Origin: Folioceros fuciformis
Lineage: Eukaryota
DNA: 64,000 nucleotides
Direction: 5' to 3'
Assembly (NCBI GenBank): GCA_049999805.1
Contig: JBNGIO010006265.1
Location: forward strand, 53,161-117,160
The number at the start of each line of letters is the position of its first letter. Position 1 is the first letter of the stretch. Of the stretch, positions 37,964 to 49,334 are shown piece after piece. The notes beneath the pieces are model-generated. The model was not told the DNA's origin, made no database searches, and was given only the letters and a program-made list of their open reading frames with translations. The position numbers and the translations under genes were made by a program.

Positions 37964-40900
37964 TTAAACACCTCCTTCTCCGAGGCTGTGTTTCCAGGTC
38001 TCTCCTCTGGGGGCGGAAGGATGGTCTTTATCATCAGCGACGGCCACAGATGATGGAACATGTTTTATCTTCGGCATTAGGGTTCTTGGTCGAATCCGGG
38101 AATTGTTGCCATGGCCGGCCAGGAAGGTATGCACTACACCGTTCGTGTCTGTCCAAAAGCTGCGGCCGGGCTTCTTCCATGCCTTGATCCTTTTCCTCCT
38201 GGCCTGCACTTCTTGTGCTGATTGGAACATGCGGGCAGCTATGTATATGTTGGACATCAAGACGTATGCTGTCGCGTCATTCTTGTCCAGCTTCATTGCC
38301 TCGTCGAAGGCAAGGCGTCCCACCTCGACGTTGCACCACATTCGACAGGCAGCCAGCAGGGTGTACCATACAGCTGCGTCGCGTTGAACTGGCATAGTCC
38401 TGATGAGATGTAGAGCCTCTTCCAGTTGGCCTGCACGGCCTAGGAGGTCCACCATGCATGTGTAGTGGGGCTCCGTGGGGGTGATGCCGTGTTGTGTAGT
38501 CATGGCCTCGAAGTACTCTCTCCCCTTAGCCACTAGACCTGAGTGGCTGCACACCGTCAAGACGCTGAGGAATGTGAGGCTGTTTGGTTGTCTGCCATCG
38601 TCCCTCATTGTTTGGAGCAAGTGGAAGACCAACTTGCTATCTCCCTGGCTGGTGTAGCCTGCAATCAGTGTGTTCCAGATGACGATGTCGTGTTCGGGCA
38701 CCGCATCGAATACCTGCTGAGCATCAAGCATGCTCCCGGACTTGGCATACATGTTGACCAGGCTGCCGGCTACACAAATATCAGCTTGAAGCCCTTCTTC
38801 CACAATTTGTGCATGAAGCTGCCTGCCCAGGTGCAAGGCTGCCACATTCGCACATGCCTGCAGGACGCACACGAATGTTACGGCGTTGGGTTCGACCGTG
38901 CTGTCTTCTTGCATGGCTCTGTAGAGACGAAGGGCATCCTGCTCCATACCTTGCTGGGAATACCCTGCTATCATAGCATTCCATGTCACCACATCCTTCT
39001 GGCCAAGCCTGTCGAATATTCTCTGTGCATCTTCCAGGCTGCCACACTTAGCATACATGTTCACCAGGCTGTTGGCTACAAACACGTCAGCTTCGTGTCC
39101 TTGTTCTTTGATTTGTGCGTCGATTTGTTTCCCCTTCTCCAACGCTGCCGGGGTGCCCACACTTGCACATGCCTGCAGTAGGCAAACCAGTGTCACGGCA
39201 TCAGGTACAGCCATGCCGCCGTCTTGCATAGCACTGTACAGACGAAGAGCTTGCTGCCCCTCGCCCTGCTGGACATACCCTGATATCAAGGCAGTCCACG
39301 TTACCAAGTCCTTCTGACCAAGGCCGTCAAACACTCTCTGAGCACTTTCCAAGCTGCCACACTTAGCGTACATGTTCACCAAACTGCTGGCAACAAATAC
39401 TTCAGCTTCATGACCTCGTTCTCTGATTTGCATATGAAGATGCTTCCCCTTTTCCAATGCGGTGCTGCCCATTGAGGCGCATGCCTTCAGGAGGCACACG
39501 TATGTCACGGAATCGGGTGCTGCAATGCCTTCAAACACTCTTTGTGCACTGTGAAAGCTGCCACACTTTGCATACATGTGCACCAGGCTGTTGGCTACAG
39601 ACACATCGGCATCATGTCCTCGTTCTTTGATTTGTACATGAAGCTGCTCACCCATCTCCAATGCTGGGGTGCCGATGCTTGCACATGCCTGTAAGAGGGA
39701 GACAAATGTTATGGCATTCGGTTCAGTCTTGCCTTCTTCTAGCATAGCACTGAAGAGTCGAAGAGCCTTTTGCCCCATGCCCTGCTGGGAATACCCACCT
39801 ATCATCGCATTCCACGTCACCGCATTCTTTACGTCCAGCCCGTCAAACAGTCTCTGTGCATCTTCCCAGCTCCCACACTTGGCATACATGTTCACCAAAC
39901 TGTTTGCTACGAACCTATCGGCTCCAAATCTTCCTTCTTTGATTTGAACATGGAGCTGCTTCCCCTGCTCCAACCCCATGGTGCCCAAACTTGCACATGC
40001 CTGCAGGAGGGACACAAATGTCACAGAATCGGGCACAGCAGTGCCTCCTTTTTGCATAGCACTGTACAGGTGAAGGGCTTGCTTGCCCATTCCCCGCTGT
40101 GAATATGCTGCCATCATAGCATTCCATGTTACCACGTCCTTTTGACCAAGTCCTTCAAACACAGTCTGCGCATCCTCCAAGCTACCACACTTTGCATACA
40201 TGTTCACCAAACTATTACCGACAAACACATCACCTTCAAGTCCTCGTTCTCTGATTTGCACATGAACCTCCTTCCCTCTCTCTAACTCTGGGGCACCCAC
40301 AATTGCACAAGCCTGCAGAAGACACACGAAAGTCACGGAATTGGGTACAGCAATCCCTTCCTCCTCCATAGCATCATATAGACAGAGAGCTTCCTTTCCC
40401 ATGCCCTGCTGGGAATAACCTGATATCATGGCAGTCCAGGTCACCACATCCTTCTGACCAAGTCCGACAAAGACTCGTTCAGCATCCTTCAAGCTGCCAC
40501 ACTTTGCATACATATTAACCAAACTGTTGGCTGTAGACCCATGAAGTTGGTGTCCTTGTCTTCTAATTTGCGCATGAAGTTGCTTCCCAGTCTTCAATGC
40601 TGGGAGGCCTATACTTGCACATGCTTGCAAGAGGCACTTGTACGTCACGGAATTGGGTACAGCAATGCCCTCTTCTTGCATAGCACTGTACAGACGAAGG
40701 GCTTCCAGTCCCATATCCTGCTGGGTATATCCTGCTATCATTGCAGTCCAAGTCACCACATCTTTGTCACCAGGTCTGTCAAAGACCCTTTGAGCTTCGA
40801 CCAAATTTCCACACTTGGCATACATGGTCACCAAAGCGTTACGAACAAACAAATCACGGTCCAAGCCACTGTTCAACACATCAGCATGGACCTCCTGCCC

Positions 40901-41581
40901 AGCTTTCAAGTTTGATGCCCTGGCACAAGCCTGAAGGGCTGCCACGAATACATGGCCATCTGGCTTCACACTGGACATGCGCAGACGTCTGTAGAGTTGC
41001 ATGGCCTGTTTGTCTTGTCCTTGTTTAACATGCACAGAAATTATGGAAGACCACATGAAGGCATCTGGTTCGTCAACGGCTTCAAAGACAGCTATTGCAT
41101 CTTGTAACATCCCATGAGAAGCATACATTCGCAGGATATGGTTGCCCAGGAACGTATCCGACTCATACCCCTTTCTCACCGTCAAGGCATGGACACGGCT
41201 GCCCAAAACCAAATCCTTCTGCACCACACATTTCTTCAGTACAGTGTAAAAGAGAGATCTGGAGATAGAGCGCTCTGTCCCCACCAAAACTTCCAAAGCC
41301 TCAACAGCCTCCACGAGATGGCCCTCAAGACACATTTTGCTTACGGTTTCAGCCGTTACGCCCATATCATCGCGTGCAGGCCTGCTTGGATGGGTTGGCT
41401 TTCTTACAGCCGTGCCGCACCTTCCGAATTGGGCCTGCTCTGACTGTTTGTGCCTTGAAGACAGGCGAACTGGAGCTCTCCCTGGAGCAACCAATAGATC
41501 ACCATTTTGTTGAGTCCGCTGTCCCCATGACGCCTTCCCTGGCCCTCTGCGTGACTCAAGGGAAATGCCCCAAACTCCCAT
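37964..41581 (-). CDS. Long PLS-class PPR protein with E1/E2 and truncated DYW (WW-like PG box, E+ type)
   Basis: About 1200 aa of highly similar PLS triplets. Ends WKKPGRSFWTDTNGVVHTFLAG, followed by unrelated sequence with no HxE or CxxC. Confidence 0.93.
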   Translation of the reverse strand: MGVWGISLESRRGPGKASWGQRTQQNGDLLVAPGRAPVRLSSRHKQSEQAQFGRCGTAVRKPTHPSRPARDDMGVTAETVSKMCLEGHLVEAVEALEVLVGTERSISRSLFYTVLKKCVVQKDLVLGSRVHALTVRKGYESDTFLGNHILRMYASHGMLQDAIAVFEAVDEPDAFMWSSIISVHVKQGQDKQAMQLYRRLRMSSVKPDGHVFVAALQACARASNLKAGQEVHADVLNSGLDRDLFVRNALVTMYAKCGNLVEAQRVFDRPGDKDVVTWTAMIAGYTQQDMGLEALRLYSAMQEEGIAVPNSVTYKCLLQACASIGLPALKTGKQLHAQIRRQGHQLHGSTANSLVNMYAKCGSLKDAERVFVGLGQKDVVTWTAMISGYSQQGMGKEALCLYDAMEEEGIAVPNSVTFVCLLQACAIVGAPELERGKEVHVQIRERGLEGDVFVGNSLVNMYAKCGSLEDAQTVFEGLGQKDVVTWNAMMAAYSQRGMGKQALHLYSAMQKGGTAVPDSVTFVSLLQACASLGTMGLEQGKQLHVQIKEGRFGADRFVANSLVNMYAKCGSWEDAQRLFDGLDVKNAVTWNAMIGGYSQQGMGQKALRLFSAMLEEGKTEPNAITFVSLLQACASIGTPALEMGEQLHVQIKERGHDADVSVANSLVHMYAKCGSFHSAQRVFEGIAAPDSVTYVCLLKACASMGSTALEKGKHLHMQIRERGHEAEVFVASSLVNMYAKCGSLESAQRVFDGLGQKDLVTWTALISGYVQQGEGQQALRLYSAMQDGGMAVPDAVTLVCLLQACASVGTPAALEKGKQIDAQIKEQGHEADVFVANSLVNMYAKCGSLEDAQRIFDRLGQKDVVTWNAMIAGYSQQGMEQDALRLYRAMQEDSTVEPNAVTFVCVLQACANVAALHLGRQLHAQIVEEGLQADICVAGSLVNMYAKSGSMLDAQQVFDAVPEHDIVIWNTLIAGYTSQGDSKLVFHLLQTMRDDGRQPNSLTFLSVLTVCSHSGLVAKGREYFEAMTTQHGITPTEPHYTCMVDLLGRAGQLEEALHLIRTMPVQRDAAVWYTLLAACRMWCNVEVGRLAFDEAMKLDKNDATAYVLMSNIYIAARMFQSAQEVQARRKRIKAWKKPGRSFWTDTNGVVHTFLAGHGNNSRIRPRTLMPKIKHVPSSVAVADDKDHPSAPRGETWKHSLGEGGV

Positions 41582-42422
41582 GGCTCTCCGACGAAACGAA
41601 CAAAAGATGCCAATCACGGCAGCTCGTCAACAGTCAGGATAATTCAGCAACAGGCGCCATCAGCTGGGCAATCCTCGTGCCCGAAATGGACGGTACTAGA
41701 AACCCGCTGGGCCCGAAATCCCACAGAACATCTTAACATGCAGCCTCGTTTCTGAAGGCGTGTTGAACCCATTTGCGAGATGAACACCACATGATTTTTG
41801 CATTCGAGGAAAAAATCCATTCATGATGCCTTCTTACTTTCATGCCCACCACTGACACGTTCTAACCAGCTTACATCTGTGTGTATGCGCATGAGTGCAA
41901 TTGGTGGAATGGTTTCCGGCTCATGCATCTCTAACAGATGACAAGCCTTACAGTGTGCTGTCCACCATCTCTTATTTCCCAAGTTTGTCTCCAACCCACA
42001 GTCTCCCCCATTTCTGCAAACAGCGCCTTAAGACAGGGCAGCGCTTTTCACACTCCTCAGCTGACAACTGCGAGAGACTTCCCAGGATTCGTTTACCTTG
42101 CCAAGCTTTCCCCCATCCTCACATCTGCCGAAGCATACGCATTTGCAGGGTCTACTGAAACAAGATGGCACAAGACCACCGTGCTCTTCGTAGCTTCTCG
42201 ACGAGGGGTGCAACATGCGACTCATCCAAATTAGCACCACTGAATAATCACATTCAGTTGGCCCCCCGTCCGTAAAAGCCCCGTGTATAGCGGGCACCGG
42301 ACCGAGCCGTAGCTCGACGTGCACGAGACCCTTCCCAGGTGTGTCACTTGTTATCCGTGCGGGAAAAACATTTCCTGTTAGATTTACGGTTCAGTTAAGC
42401 TTGACCCATTATATTTCGACGG

Positions 42423-42800
42423 CTACTTGGCCTCGCCTTTCCCTCCCTTTACTAGCCTGCACTCCAAAAAGGACGCCCGCGTCTCAATATCTAAACCACC
42501 TAATGTGATGTCCCATATGGCTGGATACTTTTCCTCACCTTTCCCTCCCTTTCCTAGCCTGCACTCCAAAAAGGACGCCAGCGCCTCAATATCTAAACCA
42601 CCTAATGTGACGTCCCATGTAGCTGGGTACTTTTCCTCACTAGCCTGCACTTCAAAAAGGATTCTTATGTCTCAATATTCAAAACGCCTTATATGATAGT
42701 CCCATGTAGCTATGTACTTGGCCTCATCTTTCCCTCCCTTTTCTAGCCTGCACTCCAATTAGGATGCTATATCTTTATATCTTGCTCTATAAATGTGACG
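42423..42800. repeat. About 102-bp tandem repeat, about 4 degenerate copies
   Basis: CTAGCCTGCACT(C/T)C recurs at about 42452, 42554, 42640 and 42743. Confidence 0.88.
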
Positions 42801-43025
42801 TTCCTTGTTCATGGCATGCCTTGCCCTCTTTCCTTTTCTCTCTCTTTACGTAAAATGTCATGGCCTTGCCCGTCTTCCCACCATATTTGTGTTTCCCCTT
42901 CCACAAACAAGGGCATAACCTCATTCTCTACATGTGAAACCACCCATAAGACATAACCTCCGTTCTTACACGTCAAACTACCCATAAGGTCCAATTGTGT
43001 TTTTGAACTAACAACCCTGCACAAG

Positions 43026-43880
43026 TATTAAGATATTAGGTTGGTTTTAAGATATTAAGATATTAGGTTGGTTTTAAGACAGTGTACAGGTATTGGCACC
43101 GCGCATAGGTTTAGCACTGTGCTCAAGGTTTTAGGTCAAACCAGCCATAAGCTTCAACCGTGTGTTTAAATTAACAATTGTACGAAGGTTTTTAAGACAA
43201 TGGGTTAGTTTTAGAATCGTGCGTTTAAATTAACAATCGTACGAAGGTTTTTAAGAGAATGGGTTAGTTTTAGAACAAGTTAGTTTTAGAACCGTGCGCG
43301 GGTTTCAAGACAATGGGTTGGTTTTAGAATTGTGCATGGGTTTTAAGATAGTATATTGGTTTTAAACAAAGTGTGCAAGGTTTAGCATCATGCATGAGTT
43401 CTAGCAAAGTGCATGGGTTTTAGCACACACACATTTTAGCAAAGCACTTGGGTTTAGCCCACACGTAGGTTTTAACATAGAGTGTGGGTTTTCACCAAGC
43501 ACATGGCACCACGCATAGGTTTTAGCACAACGACCGGGTTTTAGCACAACACATAGGTTTCAACACAACCCATGGGTTTTAGCAAAGTTCACAAGTTTTA
43601 GCACAGTGCATGGTTTTTAGCACCACGCGTGGGTTTCAATACAGCGTACGGGTTTTAGCAAAGCGCATGGGTTTTAGCAAAGCGCATGGGTTTTAGCAAA
43701 GCGCATGAGTTTTAGCACCACGCATAGGTTTTAGCACAATGCGCAGGTTTTAGTACCACATGTGGGTTACAGCATAGCACATGGGTTTTAGCACCACACA
43801 TGGGTTTCAGCATAACGCAAGGGTTTTGGCACCATATATAGGTTTTAGCACCACGTGTCGGTTTTAGCACAACGTGTGTG
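43026..43880. repeat. 19-20-bp minisatellite array (consensus roughly GGGTTTTAGCACCACGCAT)
   Basis: Dozens of GG(G)TTTTAGCA cores, for example perfect GCGCATGGGTTTTAGCAAA copies at about 43663-43710. Confidence 0.9.
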
Positions 43881-46209
43881 TGGCAGCAAAACCCCAAGCA
43901 CTAATTGTCAACGAGTTCAATCTTTAGTGGCCATACTTATCCCACTCTTGTTGAGACATTGGATTTGGTTCCCACGAAGGAACGATGGGGTTCCTCACTG
44001 CTATGGATGGAGGGTCGGACTCAATTGACTCGATGACGGATTCGAGGGCTCCTCTCCAGCTCCGATTAGGCTTGGGACAGTCCCGCTGTCCAACAGTCAA
44101 CTGCACCTCTCACGGTGCCCACAAATGTACTCCAATCACTACAACGACACTAACCCCTGAGATCCCTGAGATCTAGATGCGACTTCCCTCACTCACTTCA
44201 CTCACTCATTCCAACACTAGCAACCAACAACAACATCACTACCCTCTACGCTTCCCTATTGACTTCCCCACCCGGCAAAAGTCACTTGACTAACTCTAAA
44301 GAAAAGAACTCATAGAAGAAACAAAAAGAGTCCTTCCATGAGAGAGAGAGAGAGAGAGAGAAAGAGAAGAATAGGATTTTATAAGATATTGTTTTAGTTT
44401 TAAATTTGCATGGATCCGAATTTTGAAATGAAGTCCTCAACTGCACGACTTGTTATTACATCATGACCTTGCCAGTTGGCAGCATCGCATCTTGCCTTCC
44501 TACCGCGATGCCCTTCATCGATGAAGTCCATATCATTTAATTTTTTTTTCTTTGCATTTATGATTTCATGCATACGTCGATCATCACGGCAAGCCCGTGA
44601 AATGCCAGAAGGCTCCTCTTTTTGTTTTTTGTGTGGCGCCACACTCTCTATGCCGCCACCCGCGATCCTACCTAACACCATGCAAGCATGGTCGGCAGTC
44701 ACTCCAATCGTGTTAAAAAATGAGAATGACATATCATGGGGACATGACACGAAAAGCACAATCAAGAATTGAAGGGACCCCGCCCTTAACCGTAGCCACC
44801 ACTTCTCAAAGCTTTACCAGACGCTGCACACATGCACAGCCGGCACACACTGCTATATCGAAGCAGGGACAACCTGAGAGAGATCGCAAAGTGACAACCT
44901 GTCTCCTATAATCTCACTCAATCTTATAGAAGTCACTCTCTCTTTTACCTCACCTCTCTCTAACTTACCAATTATTATTTTAATAAGACCATTAGCCTAG
45001 TCAACTATCACTGGCCACTTATTTAGACTTTTCTAGCACATCCTGCCGCCAATAATAATGAGTTGGCCCTACAAACTACTGACTCTACCACCACAAGTAT
45101 TCACTACTTATTAAACTATTCTAAAACCTTAAAGGATGCATGATCTTCAAAGATCTTGCGAGATTGGCGAGTTGAAATCGGAGCAGGCATTGGCTTCTAG
45201 CTAGCTACAAGAAGATGGGCAGAGGTAGAAAGAAGGACGCGCGGGACCTAGGCTGTGATCAGGCTAGAAATGGAGAGTAGGGCTGATTCGGCTGTGTTGG
45301 ATGCGCACCAGGCTCTAGACAACAACACAAGGTTAGAAAGGATTAGCGAGACAGCGGGATGGGCTGGAAATTGGGCTGAGCTTGGAGTTGGGGGTAGAGC
45401 TGGATCCAACACTCTTTGGCTAGTAGTGGGATGAAAAAGGTGGAGAGAATGCGGGTTGGGGGGGAAGAAAAAAAATAGGAAGCACAACAAGTAGCCCCTC
45501 TAGCGCGATGAAACAAACCCTAACAGCACATAGCTTTCTTTGGTTTACTTCCCCAATAGAATCTAAAGATCGATGCCCCGCCCTCCTACCTACAGCTTGA
45601 ATCCATGGACTAAACAGGACTGGGAGATGGAAAAGAAAGGGGGAAAAGAGGAAGCGGGGACAAGAAGAGAATGGAGGAAAAGGAAGGAATGGAGGCAAAA
45701 GAAGGGGAATGGGGGAAAGGGAAGGAATGAAGAGAGAGGAAGGGGAATGGGGATGGGAGCGGCCGCACTCTTGCCCTAGCTAAGGCATGGATCTCACAAC
45801 TGTTTAGTCAAACATGCAATCAACCAGCTAGACCTGACATTTGACTCTGACATATCTCATATTCCCCATATTCCTACTCCTAGGTTCAAATAATCATTTA
45901 GTTATTTAATACTATATATCTTTAATTAATATTAAACCAATCACTAAACCTATATTCAAACTTTCCCGACCCTATGGCCTGGTACCAAACCTAAACTTTT
46001 TCAGGTTTGGGACCAAACCTATACCCACTCTAATAATCAAACCAATTATTCCCTGGTCAACTAACCTAATTAGTATAAGAAAAAAAAAAGAAAAAATGAC
46101 CAGAAAATAAATAAAAATTAGGGAAAATAAGTAGAAAAAGAAAACCAAACCATACCACTATTAACCCTTTTTTAACCAAAACAAACCACTAACCAGATTT
46201 TGGAGGTTC

Positions 46210-46560
46210 ACAGTGTGGGTTTTAGCACCACACTTACATTTCAACACAACACGTGAGTTTTAGTAACGTGCACGAATTTTAACAGTACATATAGGTTTTA
46301 GCACAATGTGTGGGTTTAAGCACCACGCGCGAGTTTCATCACAGCGTGTGGGTTTTAGCACCACACATAAGTTTGAGCACAACACACGGGTTGTAACACT
46401 ATATGTGGGTTTCACTATCGTGCTCAGGTTTTAGTTGCAACCACCCATAAGGTTCAACCATGTATTTGAACTAACAATTGTGCACGGGTATCAAGATAGT
46501 AGGTTGGTTTTAAGACGATTTATAGGTTTTATTACTATGCTCAGGTGTGGTAGCAAAACC
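46210..46560. repeat. Second block of the 20-bp GGGTTTTAGCA minisatellite
   Basis: GTGGGTTTTAGCACCACAC-type units, same family as 43026-43880. Confidence 0.8.
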
Positions 46561-47482
46561 CTTGGCGCGTAGCTCTTGCGACTTCGATCTCTAGTGTCCA
46601 CACTTATCTTGCTATCGTTGAGACATTGGGTTTTGTTTTAATGTAGGAGTGATAGAGCTTTCCGTTGCTCTGGGTGGAAGGTCAACCCTTCTTCTCACAC
46701 AATCCACGATAGTCTGACAACCTCTAGGAACATGTACCAAAGATTGTATTCCTATGGTTGGACAGACTCCACAACTTCCACACACATGCTTTCTCACATT
46801 GACGGATTTGAGGACTCTCCTCTAGCTTCAATTAGGCATAGCATAGCTTTCACTGTTCAACGATCTACTACACCTCTCCCGGCACCAACATACTTATTAT
46901 AACCACTACAATGATACTCAACTCTCAGCTCTACAACAGTTGTAGAGTAAGAAAGCAAAGTTACTTTCCTTCCTTACTCTTACTCACTCATTCATCCATT
47001 TACTACCAACTATTCATCTTACTTAATTTCCTACATAGTAAAAGTCTTCTAGCTAGGCTAACATTCAAGAGAAAGATGCCGCTTCCCAAAATCGTACTAG
47101 TCGCCATAAGAGCATGATTGTCACACAACTCTTATTTAGCAAGTAAACAAAAGGGACAAACCAAGAGAACAAAATACAAACAACACAATCAAGAATAACG
47201 GGCCTAGCTCTTAAACCTGTCCACTGTTCCTTAAGGCTTTACCAAATATTATGTAACACACACAACCGATACAATAAATAGTTAATGTGGTTATTAGAGT
47301 GGGTGTAGGTTTTGGTACTAGGCCTCGAGAAGTTCAGCTTTGATATTGGACCATAGGGTCGGGACGGTTTGAATTTCGGTTTGGTCTTCGGCTTAATGAT
47401 AGTATTAGGTATAATTAACTTAATTATTTTAGATACATTAACAATTCAATAATGATTTGAACGTTGCCTAACAGTGGGTATC

Positions 47483-47572
47483 TGGTCTAAATGTGGCAGA
47501 GTTATGACAGATTGGTCTAAATGTGGCAGAGTTATGACAGACTGGTCTAAATGTGGCAGAGTTATGACAGAC
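47483..47572. repeat. 30-bp tandem repeat x3 (TGGTCTAAATGTGGCAGAGTTATGACAGAY)
   Basis: Near-perfect copies at 47483, 47513 and 47543. Confidence 0.95.
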
Positions 47573-49334
47573 TAACTATGTCTGACATCTAGGTGCATTA
47601 TTGGGTATGAAGAAGAAATGGTAAGGAACCTACTGCTATAGGGAGCACACTATAGATGGCATAGGGAATAGGGAGTTTACCTATGGTAAAGAGTATAAAG
47701 TGACGATCTTAGGGAGACAAAACCTCCAAAGAAGGGAGTAGTTTCTCGAGTTGAAGGATAAGTGAGCCTGTCCCTTATTAATGTTGGAAGTGATCCTGTA
47801 AATGATGGCAAGGAGCCACACTAAGAGATCAACATACAAGAAAGTTCGATAGAAGCTCACGGATCTAAAAGAAAATGGATTCTATTAATAGAGAAGTGAC
47901 AGCTTAGCCAGCCAACCGCACTTCCCTTCAAGAGCAGTCCTAACCACACCTCTTAGAGAGGAGGTCATAGGCTTGGTAATAATATTAGCTTAGGGTAGAT
48001 AGTATTTAATAAGGAAATAATTAAATAATTATTTTAACCATTTGCTTAGGAGCAGAAATATGAGGATGGCAGGAATATGTCAGGGTATAGTAGGGTCTGG
48101 CTAGCAAGGTTGCATAATTGAGTAAACGGCCATGAGGGTTGCATCCTAGCTAGGGCAAAAATGCGGCCCAATCCCATCCCCATTCTTCCATTCCTCTCCA
48201 CTCCTTCATTCTTCTCCATTTTCCTCGTCTCATTTCCCCACTTTCTTTCCTCCCCTTCCTTTATAATCTTTCATTTCCCCACTTTCTTTCCTCCTCCTCT
48301 TTAATAATCTTTCATTTCCCCACTTTCTTTCCTTCTCCTCCTTAATAATCTTTCAGTCTCGTTTTCTCCTTGGAAGATTAAACATGCTTCAATAACTAAA
48401 AACAACAATACTTAGCAAGTGCTCAGAATCAGGAAACTTAGAATCAGAAAACTTAGACTTGTGATGTTTAGCGGCATAGCACGACCCTTTAGTTTGATGT
48501 TATACTTAGGAATGCCGGATTCACAAAGACTTATCACAATAACAAGAATGGATTTCTATTCAATTCTCTAATGGTACCTTTCTCTGTGCATTGTGTTTCC
48601 ATCGCTCTCCTAAAGACTATAGTTGATATGGGTTATAGGTTAGCTATTAATGCAGGTCTAGTAGCATCATCGATTCCATTCCAAGTAGGATGGTAATATC
48701 CATAGGTTGAAAGTAATCATAGTGTAGCCAACATTTTACAAAAGCAATAGTTTACTTACCCATAAAGAAAGCAAGTACTAAATACGTATAATATAAAATT
48801 ATTTTTGATTTAACCTCAAATGTAAACATCATAACTATCAAACCCCAAAAAGCAAAGGCTTAACAAAGACTATAAATAATATAATTATCAGTATATAATA
48901 AATAAATAAATAAATAAATAAATATTATTATATGATGAAATTATGATGGGCCAGATTAACCGCTTGAAAGAAACGCGTGGTGGTACAATACAAAGGATGT
49001 ACAAAGGATGCGCATGTGTACCTGGATGCACAAGCCAGACAACGTGAGAATACCCCTGGACACAAATATGTAAAATTGACATTGATTGCTCTATGGAAAG
49101 GTAGGCTCAGCACGGCTGCCGAGATGCTCAAACCGTTGATCCGAAGAAAGGTGGAAATTCACAACAAAACATTGACGAAGGTATGTCATTGAGTCTGGAG
49201 GACAAGATTGCCATTATTGTGAGTATTTAATGTTACAAGTAGACGAACAATATACAAGACCCCAAAAAGAATGATTGCCTCCTGAGCTCTTCCAGATAGG
49301 ACAGTATCGTCAAGAGAGCAGCACGTAGTGGCTG

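Larger units (their letters stand above)
43100..48360. mobile_element. Nested, degenerate non-autonomous TE-like repeat island (direct and inverted diverged copies, no transposase recognised)
   Basis: 43.1-44.3 kb is similar to 46.2-47.05 kb (direct). 45.74-46.04 kb is similar to 47.29-47.46 kb and 48.14-48.2 kb (inverted). AT-rich and gene-free. Confidence 0.55.

Noticed and set aside
44400-44765. 121-aa minus-strand ORF inside the repeat island
   Set aside because: No transposase or other domain motif recognised.
47483-47572. 30-bp direct repeats as a possible CRISPR array
   Set aside because: The units are head-to-tail with no spacers, the context is eukaryotic, and no cas genes are present.
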